From Alloascoidea hylecoeti (Eukaryota): 64,000 nt of DNA. How positions within the stretch are numbered: the stretch's first letter is position 1; every line of letters starts with the position of its first letter. Location of the stretch: positions 165,622 to 229,621 of the forward strand of contig BCKZ01000011.1 in assembly GCA_001600815.1 (NCBI GenBank), written 5' to 3'. Shown here piece after piece: positions 53,091-64,000 of the stretch. Under the pieces are notes generated by a model. That model was not told the DNA's origin. It was given only the letters and a program-made list of their open reading frames with translations, and did no database searches. The position numbers and the translations under genes are program-made.

Positions 53091-54215
53091 TCATTCCCAT
53101 TGATTCACTAATTTAATTTTATCATTCAAATGATTTGTATCTATGTTATAATTTCTTGTAACTTCATTCTTTAATTTTTCATAAGTTATGAAACGTTCTT
53201 CTAATTCATTTCTTATATTTGAAAATTCAAAATTTGAAGAAGAATCAGAATTTATATTTAATTTTGTAATTGAAATTGAACATTCATCAACAATTGATAT
53301 TTCAGATGGATATTTACAATATGAATATTGTTTTGAATCTGAATTTAAAATATCTTCAGAAATTCCAATACATTCATTTAATTCAATTGAAAAAGTTTCT
53401 TCAGTATAAAATTTTGATTTATCTTCATTATAAAAAATATGTGGATCGACTGAATAACCACCTTTTGATCGTGTTATAATAAATTTTGGGTCCATACAAT
53501 TAGCTCTTGATGAATCACCAACCAGTGGTATATTCACATTTAGTCCAATATCTTTTGGTAATAATGGATCATCCTCCGATTTTCTTAAACTTGAAATTGC
53601 TTCAATTAACTCAATTAATTTTAGACTATGAATATTTGGTGGAAATTTTCGGAAATCATCACTTGAAGTGGATGCATCTTTATAATAGTAGTCCTCTCTC
53701 GATGCGGTTGAAATTGCGATGGCTGGAAACCCTCTAATAACTGCAGTTTTCGTTGCATGGACAGTCGGTGATATAATTTGGGAGAATTGACCAACAGTTG
53801 CTCCAGATTTTGGACCAACGACAACTAAATCGATTGTAATATTTTTAAAGATTTCTGGTATTAAATAATCGAGTGATATTAAAACAGATCCAACTACTGA
53901 GGTATCTGTATACCAAATATTTTCATCATCAATGTCATGATTTATTGTCAGATCACCAATTGTTAAAGATCCAAATTCTCCTTCATGTTCCATATATTTC
54001 AATGAGGGAATAATAAAATCTTTAGTTTGAACAGAACTTCTTGCTGGTGCAACCAATATAACATTATGTCCAACGTCTTTAAGCTGTTGATAAGCAAACC
54101 TTATATTTGATGATACCCAACTATCTTCACTCGTGAGGAGAATATTTAAGCCGCTGACCACATTAAACAATATCAATAAAACTGTGGATGTGTGAAAACT
54201 TATTAGTTTTATCAT
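53091..54215 (-). CDS. Secreted SurE-like (acid phosphatase/nucleotidase fold) protein
   Basis: Signal peptide then LNILLT..., GHNVILVAP, IDLVVVGP, GFPAIAIS, LNVNIP, the order of motifs in fungal SurE proteins. Confidence 0.75.
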   Translation of the reverse strand: MIKLISFHTSTVLLILFNVVSGLNILLTSEDSWVSSNIRFAYQQLKDVGHNVILVAPARSSVQTKDFIIPSLKYMEHEGEFGSLTIGDLTINHDIDDENIWYTDTSVVGSVLISLDYLIPEIFKNITIDLVVVGPKSGATVGQFSQIISPTVHATKTAVIRGFPAIAISTASREDYYYKDASTSSDDFRKFPPNIHSLKLIELIEAISSLRKSEDDPLLPKDIGLNVNIPLVGDSSRANCMDPKFIITRSKGGYSVDPHIFYNEDKSKFYTEETFSIELNECIGISEDILNSDSKQYSYCKYPSEISIVDECSISITKLNINSDSSSNFEFSNIRNELEERFITYEKLKNEVTRNYNIDTNHLNDKIKLVNQWE

Positions 54216-55199
54216 ATTAATACTTCTACGTATACTGGTTTATATTGTGTGATAAATAGAGAAATGAAGGAGATATAGAAAATATAAAAAAGGTAGCGTG
54301 CTTATTATAAATAATGTATTAAAAATCTATTTGCGTATTATTGAAGGCATTTCGGAGATTTTACACTGTTAAACGTTAGAAATTTAGAATATGTCAACAG
54401 ACCGAAAAATCATGTCGTACTTATTACATACCAATATAAGCACGTCAAATATATAAATATAAGAAATTATTTCAATTACAGATTACAAAAAATATATTAA
54501 AGTAGGAATATACCTTGTAGGGTGGAATATAATTATCCGAATTTCCTCTATCCGATTGTATCATTTATTTATTTCATCACGGTTACTATTCGCTGCTTAA
54601 CCTGCCACATTACCAGCACAAGTTTTTAATGATTATTGATTATTATATCACCTCCGGCATTCCAACCACGATTGTGGAGTAGAAATCTTTGTCAATGCTG
54701 TACAAGAGACTTTTAGCGAATTCTTGTGTTTGATCTATCTTGAGTTCTTCCCCTCTACGTAATTGTGCTAGGTTTGCTTCACTTTGGCGGATGATTCTTT
54801 TACTTTAATTCCAAAAAACATGTCTTCACAATCGGATTTAGATCTAGACAATATACAGGCCACTCTATCATTTAAATTCCCCTTTAAATTCCCTATGCTA
54901 ATACCAGTTTTGTGTATGGGAAAATCATCCTGGATAAATATTATATATATTCTCCCTGAAACTTTAACCCGAATATTTGGTAAGCTGAAGTTTCCAAAAA
55001 TCTTTCAAAACATTTAGATAAACTTGCATAGTCACCAAAAAAAAAAAAATATGGTATAGGGGCCTTATATCGGTTGGTACATATTGCATATGCACAAATT
55101 GGTGTTTTTTTTTCAGTTAATAATATTTGATTTTATTATAAGCTATTTAAAATTTGAGCGGAAGATGAATTGGCACTTTAATTTCCCGTTTAGGAATTA

Positions 55200-57275
55200 A
55201 TAATTGGGACGTATGATGTCTTCTAGTGTGATCTCTTTCCCTAATATCATTGATTTTATTGTACAATTATCAACGATGTGATCCTCGGATTCCTTTCTTG
55301 CTTTTAAACGTAACATGCACTTATCCAAAGACACATTTAAATGTTTGTTAGACCGGAATTCCTAGTGTGGGTAAAAATTCTGACATTTATATGGTGGATA
55401 AAGTCGAGACTTTTCTTATTGATATTGGAAAGAGTCTTCTACTATTTTGATTTTCTTGTGTGCGCCGATCAATTATATTTTTCCAATTTGGTATTATTGG
55501 ATCAATTTATTGTTAAATCCAGCTGTAGCCTCCCTGAAAATATTCAAGTCAATTTTCTTATCATCTCATGTTATAAGATTACTAATGAATTCCAAGAGGT
55601 CATTTGTAGAATAACTTTCGAAAGCTCTGTATTCGTCTAGACATAAAACGTGCAGAATTATAATAGCACATGAAGTATTTCGGAGCGCTAAGTTTGAGGG
55701 ATAATATGTTGAATGTTATTAATTAGTAGATCCGCGGTCAATTTTTGAGCAAGGGTTAAACTATGTATCACCCTGTTCAAAAACTAGTTATGAAATATAT
55801 ATCTGAAATTTTCAAGCATTTCATCAACTATATATTGGCCTGGTCTAGACCTAATGTAAATAAATTCCAAGTTTATAGCTAAACTATCTACCTAATGATA
55901 ATAATATTGATTCTGGACCATAGTAAGTGTGATAAATAGATTTTTTTTAATATTATTTTTTATATTTTTTATCGTTTTTTAAAAGGTTCAATCTTGTTTC
56001 ATTTTGTAAGTTGCTTGGGAAATTAATGGGAGTAGAGATGCCTCCCATTATTTCGTTTCCTGTTTCTATGGAAAGCAGAAATAGTCTTGTTGATTGCTTC
56101 TGTAAGACCAACTTCGCTGTCATCTGAAACTGATTCCTCATATAAGTTACTATTATTATTATTTTCTTCATCTTCAGTACCAATATCATCAATCCAATCA
56201 TTAGCGTCCTCATTATTGATTGCGTGAATATTCTTGTTATAAGGATGTTTTTAATGAGAGTTGTTTAAATAGTATGGTTTCTTTTCAAATTTGTCTTTTT
56301 TTATTAAAAGCTGATAATTTTATTAGATCATCCATGTTTTTGATTTTTGTTTGGAAAAGGATAATATCCTCCAGTTCTTTGAAGAGCTTATTGTATATTT
56401 GGTGTACAAATTCGCAATCCAATCAACAAGATAGCTTTCTTTATCACGACATGTTAATTTCTCACCTCCAATAACATATTGTAAGTTAGCAAAAAGACCA
56501 TTAGCTATATCTTTGAATTGAAGTAATTGGTCTGCAGTCATGTCCATATGTATACGTAGTTGTTTCAATGATTGTCTAGTATTGTTTAATTTAGGCATTA
56601 CTGCGCTATAAGTATTCTGTACAATTGCAAATATTTCACAAAAGCTTCTAGCTTTTTCATCATTTCCTACCCGCTGAAGTTGTTGAAGCACTGATTTTGC
56701 TCAACAGTTGTGAAGCTAAACAGTTTTCCAATTCATTTTTAGGAGTAGTATTTATGTTGAAATTTCCGGCTTGGATGAGATTTTTGATATCGGACACCCA
56801 GTTAATAAAACCGTCAGCACCGTTTGATGTCTCTAGTCTTTGCAATAGAAAGAGAAGTAACCTAACACTGTTGTGGATACAGAACCAATCTTTTTCGTTT
56901 GGGATAAATGAGGAAATGATGTGTTTTTGTTCACTTGTTAGTGGAACTTGTTGGATTAGAAAGTTGTCCTCAACATCTTGCTGAATTGAACGTCCGCTAC
57001 CATAAGATAATTTTGGTTTAATAAGGTTTAAACCGTCTTTATAAACTACAAGATCTTTCTCAGCATTTCTTGATGTTGCAAACATATTCATAAGCTTATC
57101 AAACTTATTAGACAATTCTGTGAACTTATTTTCAAACTTATCTTCAAACTTATCCTCAGTCCTTAACGTCTGATTTAATATCTGATTTGAATTCATCAAA
57201 TTCAGATCTTAAATCCTCAAATTGGGGAAGTAAGCTATTAGCAGTGGTTCTATTATTGTTACTAGTCTCAACCAT
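55200..57275 (-). mobile_element. Degenerate LTR-retrotransposon-like gag(-protease) relic
   Basis: Frameshifted ORFs 57275-56660 and 56691-56323; coiled N-terminus, 'NGADGFINWVSDIKNLI', an acidic IHAIN region and an MILGKE protease-like tail near 55240. A second copy lies at 18851. Confidence 0.5.
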
Positions 57276-57682
57276 TTTATCTTATTCACAGAAAAGCCGG
57301 CAAGTTAGATTAATATTGTTATACATGTATGTAACGTTAGTGTGACTTTGGGCAGATTGTGTTAATTAAGACTTACTGGAATCAATGATCCTCGATAGAT
57401 TTAATCAAGTAAAATATAAGCTCAGTTATGTAAAAATGAAAATATCAGATGCTGGTAGATGGCATAGAAGTGTGTGATGCCCGAGGACCGGCTAATACTA
57501 GTGCATCGAGGTCAGACAGGACACTTAATATAATGATTCTTTTGTTTCCCATTGTTTATTGTTATATAAATTATAATCATATTTTTAATTTGGGCCCTAA
57601 GTAAAGTTACAAGAGTTTTAGTATAATTGATTGTCTTTCTATTTATATTAACTTAGTTATACCTAAAAATTATAACGACCTA

Positions 57683-59095
57683 TCAACTTTTCGTGCTCTT
57701 TGAATCATGTTTATAAATTACATTCTCAACATCATCAACTTCAATTAATTTTTTCATATCCTTTAGATGTAAATATCTAATAACACATGCTATTAAAGCG
57801 GCAGTTATTGTGGTCGCCAACATTGCCCAACACCCTTTTCTAAATTCTGGTGCTGTATTTGCTCCATAAAATAAAATTGACCACCATGAACTAACAACAA
57901 ATGAAAACATATTCATTGATGCTAAAACAACTGCTCTTTCTTGTAAATCTTCAAAACAAACAATATTAGCCCAGGCAAAAAATGTAGCCTGACCAGAATA
58001 TGAAAATCCTGAAATATAATGTGCTGCAAATACAATACTTTCATTATAAGGTTTAGACAATAATAAAATTGTTGATATTATTAAAGATACTGAAATAAAT
58101 ATACCTATATGCCAATGTTTGCCAGTATGATCTGAATAAAGTGCACTACCAAATGTTCCTAACACACCCATTGCATACATCCCCATTGGATAATAATTCC
58201 TTTGATCAATTGTATAATTGTTATATTGTAACCATATGGCAAATATTGAATTCATTGAATATGATTCATTTTGTCCACCCATTGTCCACAAAATTGTAAA
58301 CCACCACCATCTCCATTTTGAAAAAACTCTTTTAAAAACTCCAAATGTTAATTTATCATCTGATGTTGTTTTAGGAGTTGGTAATCGACTTTTTGCCATT
58401 TCTCTTTCTTCATCATTGAAAAATAATGTACTACAATCATTCCCTAAACCCGGAAAACATATAAGTCCATAAATTGCTATAGGTATAGTTATAACAAAAT
58501 CAATTATAAATAACCATCTCCAACCAGCAAGACCATTAACCCCATTTAAACTTGTATGAATTTTTGCCTGCATTACTGAAGAAAATATACTACCAATNAA
58601 TCCACTACTAGTAAATACAGCTGATCGTTTTGTAAGTTCACTTTCTTTATACCAAGTTCCTAAGATTAAATGTGTACCTGCAAAAGTCGAGGATTCAAAA
58701 ATTGCTTGAAAGAATCTAATAACACAAACTTGTTTATAACTGGTAACTTTATAAACACCTAAAGTTAACAAAGCCCAAGCGGTACATGTAAAAGCCATCC
58801 AATACCTCGGTTTCACCTTTAACAATATTAAATTATTTGGAATCATTCCAACAATATAACCAACGGTAAAACAAGTATTTATAACATTATATTGATTTCC
58901 ATGCATATTAAGGTCTTCTTTCATTCCACTAACATAAGCATTTGCAAGATTTGTTCTATCAACATAATTTATCCAATAATTTAAACAAACAAATGATAGA
59001 ACAAAACAATCAATTTTAAATAAAAGTTTCCGTTCTTTTGGATCTTTTGGTGGTTCACCCCATAAAAAATTTCGTATTTTTTTTAATAAATCCAT
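57683..59095 (-). CDS. FEN2: MFS (anion:cation symporter family) pantothenate transporter
   Basis: LLFKID.FVLSFVCL.YWINYVDR, NAYVSGMKEDL, IRFFQAIFES.TF.GTH.ILG.WYKE.EL, NGLAGWRWLFIIDF closely follow the Fen2 sequence as I recall it. Confidence 0.85.
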   Translation of the reverse strand: MDLLKKIRNFLWGEPPKDPKERKLLFKIDCFVLSFVCLNYWINYVDRTNLANAYVSGMKEDLNMHGNQYNVINTCFTVGYIVGMIPNNLILLKVKPRYWMAFTCTAWALLTLGVYKVTSYKQVCVIRFFQAIFESSTFAGTHLILGTWYKESELTKRSAVFTSSGXIGSIFSSVMQAKIHTSLNGVNGLAGWRWLFIIDFVITIPIAIYGLICFPGLGNDCSTLFFNDEEREMAKSRLPTPKTTSDDKLTFGVFKRVFSKWRWWWFTILWTMGGQNESYSMNSIFAIWLQYNNYTIDQRNYYPMGMYAMGVLGTFGSALYSDHTGKHWHIGIFISVSLIISTILLLSKPYNESIVFAAHYISGFSYSGQATFFAWANIVCFEDLQERAVVLASMNMFSFVVSSWWSILFYGANTAPEFRKGCWAMLATTITAALIACVIRYLHLKDMKKLIEVDDVENVIYKHDSKSTKS

Positions 59096-61058
59096 TAAAT
59101 ATTTATATAATTGAAAATAATTTGGATTTACGTGTTTGCAATTTATATTACGATTGATAATAAAATATTTTCCTTTCTTTTTATACCTTTAGAAATCTGT
59201 ATATTTAATATGGTTTAAAAAAAGACAACGGTCTGTTTATCAGTTTTTAGTATCGATATCTGTTGATAACAAAGATTCACATATCGCAATAAAAAAAATA
59301 TACTATTGGATGGATATATTTTTATTAAGGTTTAAATTTAACTAATTAATATATTATGATATGTGTTTGGATCATAACATAATAAAATTGTTTTAAATGT
59401 TTGGGAAATGATTTAATCAACGGGTGAGTTAAATATAATTATAAAAAATCTTAGGACATGCTATATATATATATTAATATAAGCAGGTAAGTCTGATTAT
59501 AACTCTGAGTTTTTAGTCTGATGATAACAACTGGTTATCTAAGTACAAAATTCAAAGAAATTTGATAGCTTTAAATAGTAATTAAAGCAATTTAATTAAA
59601 TGTCTAGAACGGTTACTTCTTCTTTGGTATATTCAGCTAATTCAAGACTCAATCATATTGATAGTGACAGCCAGAATCTATTATATGATAAAAACCATCT
59701 AGAGCACTAAACATATACGCTAAATATACGGCTAGCTATAAATTAACTTTAAAGCTAAAATAAACAGTCTTGTGTACCTAGATAATTACGTAATGAATAA
59801 TTGTTTTAATCTAATTATATTTCTTGATTATGTTTAATTAGGCAATTTTAATGTTTCTTTCTGCCAAGATTTTCGTATCTACTATCTAGCAATATGCATG
59901 TAACGGGGTGCATCTTGCTGTTCCTAGAAGTGTCTCAGTTGCATATATAGATAAGGTCAGTGATGAAGGGGTTGTTAAACCAACACCACCAATTTAACGT
60001 GGTTTAAACAAAACAACTATAAAAGAGTACAAGAGTATTTAGCAACTTAAGTTACTTTTTTGGACGAAAGTGGTTACTCTAGGTTAAGTTCATAAATATA
60101 TAAGTGAAAATGTTATGTGGTTGCAATTGTATGGATGAAAATAAGTCCCATTATATCCTTTCAGACACTGTACGTATAACGTACAGTATCTTAGATGTCG
60201 ATGTATTTGGTCCTTCGATATCAAAACTTCTACTTACCCTCACACATATACCTCTACTCTTGAAGATGGTATGATCAAGTTTTCCAGTGGATTGGAAGTT
60301 TTGCTATGTTATTATTAACCTTCTCTAAGTAACACAATCAAAAACTGTGATATAATATTATAGATCACTTAATTACTGGACCTTTTACTGCGTGTTTTCA
60401 GTAGATTATCGCCGATCTCATTTAAAGAGATGGTGGAATGAGGTAGTGGAATGAGGTAGTGGAAAATCCAAACAAAAAATTTCTATAGGTATAAACTTAA
60501 GCGCTATTTTTCATTATCATATTGAATCAGAAGATGAAAATGTCTTCTATTAATCTTTACACAAAAAAATAGTTATAATTATGGGTAGTGTTTGATCTTT
60601 TTTATATTTACCATTAGGTTCTAATTCGTTCAAAACTAATTTATAAAAGAGAATAATGTTTGTATGATTAACGTCTGATGGTATCAATCTTCTCTGATAA
60701 TTTCCACTTCTTCTTTGGAGATTCTTTTCTTTTTTCAATGAAGATCACTATCTTGAATTGTACCAGCTGTTTTTAACTCAAGGCCCAGACGCAGTGAAAT
60801 AAGTAGAATGCGTGTCACCTAGATTTCTAATCTTGGAGTAAATAAATTTGTACTGACAGCTAATACAAGTAAAAGTGGACTAGAAACAAACCGGAAATCT
60901 GATTATTCTATCGATAATTTACAATAATTTTGATTCATACACAGAAATTTAAAAGGAAGCTATTAATATATATATATTACGAAGAAAGCAATTTGTTAGT
61001 AGAAAATGAATCTAAAAGAGTGTATAACTATATTTATATATATATAAATATAATAATT

Positions 61059-63167
61059 CTATAATAATAAAGAAGACCAAGTAGTATAAACCATCATTAT
61101 AACACCAAACCCAATTCCTAAACAATCAATTACTTTCCCATATTTATCATTTTTAAAAGCTTTATAATGTAATAAAGGAGGATAAATATAAACTAAAGGT
61201 ATACAAGCAAAACTTCCAATAATTGAAACAAATTTATCTAAATCATTTGATCCATAATAAGCAATTAAAATTGATATTAAAACAATAAAATAACGAAAGA
61301 AATTTTTTTTCCATTTTATTCTTAAATTTGATTTACCACTTATTATTATTGATGATAAATTATTTGATGATGATGATTTAAATAAACCATTTTCCATTAT
61401 TCTAATTGCTGGGAATAATTGTAATGGAGTACTTAATAATATAGCCATTGAATATAATAATTGTATAATATTAATTAAATTATTATCTTTTGGTAAACTT
61501 AATAAAACAATAGTTTCAACTTTTGAACCAAAAGTTAAATAACATAATATAGCAACAAATATAAATATAAAAGTAATTAAAATCATTGTAAATTTTAAAA
61601 CAAATTTAAAATTTTCAGGTTTTGCCATTGATTCTTGAACAGGTATAATTAAACCAATACCTTCAAATGTAAAAATTGCAGTACCAATAAATAATGTCCA
61701 AGATTTTGAATTAAATAAAAATTCAATTTTTTTTGAAATACCATTTTCATTTAAAACTTTTAATGACGAATAACAAATATAAATTAAACCAATTAAAATC
61801 ATAAAATTTGCCAAAAATGATGTGAATGATAGTTTACCAATATTTCTAATCATTGATAATGGTAAAAAAATTAAAATTTGTAAAAAAATTAATTCACTTA
61901 TTGTAAAATTATGATTAAACAAGTTATGATCAAAATTATCAAAAAAACTTTTTAAATTTTCTGATGTAAATATAATATAAGCAGAAGAAAAACCAATTTG
62001 TGATAAAACAATTGAAAATAATATAATTAATCTCATATAATTTCCATATAATTTATTACCTAAATCACCAAAACTTGATACTTTTACTTTTTTTTTTGAA
62101 TCTAATAGTAATAAAAAACACCAATAATTTAATATTGCAAAAAAAATTAATAAAATTGTACAAAAAATTAATCCACCATTTGAATAAGCTTTTGGTAAAA
62201 ATAATACACCTGTACCAACAAAACTTTTTAATAATAAAAAACATGCTTTAACAGATGAAATTGTACCTTTTTTCTTAATATTTTTAGTATTATTGTTGGG
62301 ATTTGATGTAGATGAGGATAATAATGGAGTTTCTTCATCTTCAATAACATTTTCAAAATTTGATTGTAATTGATTTTCAATATCATTTTTATCATCATCT
62401 TCATCATCTTCAAGTTCTTCACCAGCAAAATGACCATAAACACTTAAAAATTCAACAAAATTTCTTGTTAAAAATAAAGGTAATTTTAAACCTTCATTAT
62501 CATTTTGATTATCTTGATTATTTATAATCGGATTCAAATTTGTTTGTAATGGTAATTGACCATTGTTAATTGCTTTTTGTATTAGAAAACTTCTTCTAAA
62601 ACCACCAGGTACACGAATACTTGAAATACTATCTCTTCTAACATCATTTTCTAGATTTGAAAATGAATGAGATCTTGATCTTTTTTTCTTCTTCTTTTGA
62701 TTATTATTACTTGAAAATTCATCACTTCCGATTGTTGAAGAAGAACCATTATTATTAATACTTGAGTTTGAATTTTCTAATCTTTCTCTAGAAGCATATA
62801 TTTTATAAAGATCCCTTGTTGTATCACCACCTTGTAAACTTAAAGAATTAAATTCGCCATCTAAAGCAGATGAAGACTTCGAATTATTATTATTACTATT
62901 AGATACTAAATGACGACCAAATGCTTTATAATCAACACTATTATTCCCATCCAAATCATCATGAAATCTCATTGGACTAGAATTCCTACTAATACTATTG
63001 ATAGAATGTGGAGTACCAGATTCATAGTCATCATTAGTGATGGGAGTCATCAATCTCGCAGTTAAGACTCTACGAGAGTCAAAAGAGCCCGAAACGGTAG
63101 GATCATCCGAGGCATTTGGAACTGGTGGAGTAGTGATTCGTGAAGAAGAAGGAGGTGAAGATCTCAT
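61059..63167 (-). CDS. AVT3: Vacuolar amino-acid transporter (Avt3/Avt4 family)
   Basis: SLSLQGGD.TRDLYK, VPGGFRR, LTRNFVEFLSVYGHFAGEEL, LLLKSFVGTGVLFLP, FTFEGIGLIIP; multiple TM segments. Confidence 0.85.
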   Translation of the reverse strand: MRSSPPSSSRITTPPVPNASDDPTVSGSFDSRRVLTARLMTPITNDDYESGTPHSINSISRNSSPMRFHDDLDGNNSVDYKAFGRHLVSNSNNNNSKSSSALDGEFNSLSLQGGDTTRDLYKIYASRERLENSNSSINNNGSSSTIGSDEFSSNNNQKKKKKRSRSHSFSNLENDVRRDSISSIRVPGGFRRSFLIQKAINNGQLPLQTNLNPIINNQDNQNDNEGLKLPLFLTRNFVEFLSVYGHFAGEELEDDEDDDKNDIENQLQSNFENVIEDEETPLLSSSTSNPNNNTKNIKKKGTISSVKACFLLLKSFVGTGVLFLPKAYSNGGLIFCTILLIFFAILNYWCFLLLLDSKKKVKVSSFGDLGNKLYGNYMRLIILFSIVLSQIGFSSAYIIFTSENLKSFFDNFDHNLFNHNFTISELIFLQILIFLPLSMIRNIGKLSFTSFLANFMILIGLIYICYSSLKVLNENGISKKIEFLFNSKSWTLFIGTAIFTFEGIGLIIPVQESMAKPENFKFVLKFTMILITFIFIFVAILCYLTFGSKVETIVLLSLPKDNNLINIIQLLYSMAILLSTPLQLFPAIRIMENGLFKSSSSNNLSSIIISGKSNLRIKWKKNFFRYFIVLISILIAYYGSNDLDKFVSIIGSFACIPLVYIYPPLLHYKAFKNDKYGKVIDCLGIGFGVIMMVYTTWSSLLL

Positions 63168-63301
63168 GGAAATATGCTACTAGATAGTTACTAATTTCTC
63201 GATAGTAGATCCTGATAACTGGAGAAAAAGAGATACCTAAATCGGTACTAAAAACACGTACATCCAGTGCGGCTCTATTTTCCGTTTTGGGTATTGCAGG
63301 A

Positions 63302-63309
63302 GTCACGTG
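63302..63309. promoter_or_regulatory. GTCACGTG bHLH (Cbf1-type) site upstream of the AVT3-like gene
   Basis: Exact motif ~135 bp upstream of the ATG. Confidence 0.35.
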
Positions 63310-63467
63310 TCTCCCACAGTGAAACTAGCCATCAGCTGTCCTTAGAAAGGAGAAAATTTAAATGAGTTGATAGAGCTTACTAGAGAGAGTATGCTCTCCA
63401 ACAGCAGTGCAGTTGTATCACAAAACCTTTTGTTCAACGTACCCATGACAGGTACTCCGATTACAAG

Positions 63468-63906
63468 CAAGTGGTGCTGCTAGTGTTAACACAAGTGTCA
63501 AGATATATCGAATAGGTGATTATTTTTACGGAACTTCATTTGTCGATGAAAAAACGGAAATGTTGTATGACTTGGTGGATATATTGAGAACCAAACTGGG
63601 CCCTAAAGAAAGACTTCCAGAATTAGAAATATGTCTTTTCATAAGTAATAAATTGTTTCTTCCTGGTAGTTTAACCTTGAACTTAAAAAAACCTGGGAAG
63701 CTAACGATGAAAACTAGAAAAAGAAATGTATCGACAAGATCTGATTTTACTGTTTCTAATGAAAATACCTCAATTTAATACTGTTTGGAACCAGTTTCTT
63801 TCTGTTTCGAAGTTGAGCGTCACACCATCGATAAATGAAGTTCCGTAAAAATAATCACCCATTTGATTTATCTTGGAACTTGTGTTAACACTAACAGCAC
63901 CACTTG
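63468..63906. repeat. 81-bp inverted repeat (63468-63548 / 63826-63906), ~7 mismatches, 277-bp spacer
   Basis: CAAGTGGTGCTG.TAGTGTTAACACAAGT..CAAGATA.ATC.AAT.GGTGATTATTTTTACGGAACTTCATTT.TCGATG occurs on both strands. Confidence 0.92.
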
Positions 63907-64000
63907 ATACTACTAATATCATAATACAAGTTAACAAAAACAAGTTTATTGCAATTACCGCTTTTATAATATATTATTACTAAATACTTTCATCCATTTC

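Noticed and set aside
59899..60185. TGTAAC...GTACA segment as a solo LTR
   Set aside because: No matching target-site duplication and no second copy in the window.

Overview
AT-rich budding-yeast (Saccharomycotina-like) nuclear DNA with frequent short introns; CTG appears to be read as Leu. Recognisable genes in order: Bul1/arrestin-like ORF (5'-truncated), RVS167, SAC7-like RhoGAP, DPM1, RFA3, TRP3, a pseudogene paralogue of the Bul1-like ORF, L-rhamnonate dehydratase (LRA3), a Yra1-like RRM protein, CRZ1, frataxin YFH1, SNT2, an orphan ORF, CEG1, ERG3, an 845-aa orphan with SxIP-like repeats, a Mid2-like wall sensor, a GSK3/RIM11-like kinase, a ketopantoate-reductase-family gene, a SurE-like secreted protein, FEN2 and an AVT3-like transporter. 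I resolved 11 introns in 8 genes by hand. Intergenic DNA carries decayed retroelement relics (two homologous gag-like pieces, LINE-endonuclease-like fragments). There are three long inverted repeats, one flanked by a 5-6 bp direct repeat like a TIR element. The most notable oddities are a sharp GC island in the RVS167 SH3-coding end that holds a Reb1-type site just upstream of SAC7, a Yra1 homologue lacking both terminal boxes, a SurE homologue with degenerate catalytic motifs, and a loose PanE-like/SurE-like/FEN2 grouping. All family assignments come from motif recognition; no database searches were run.
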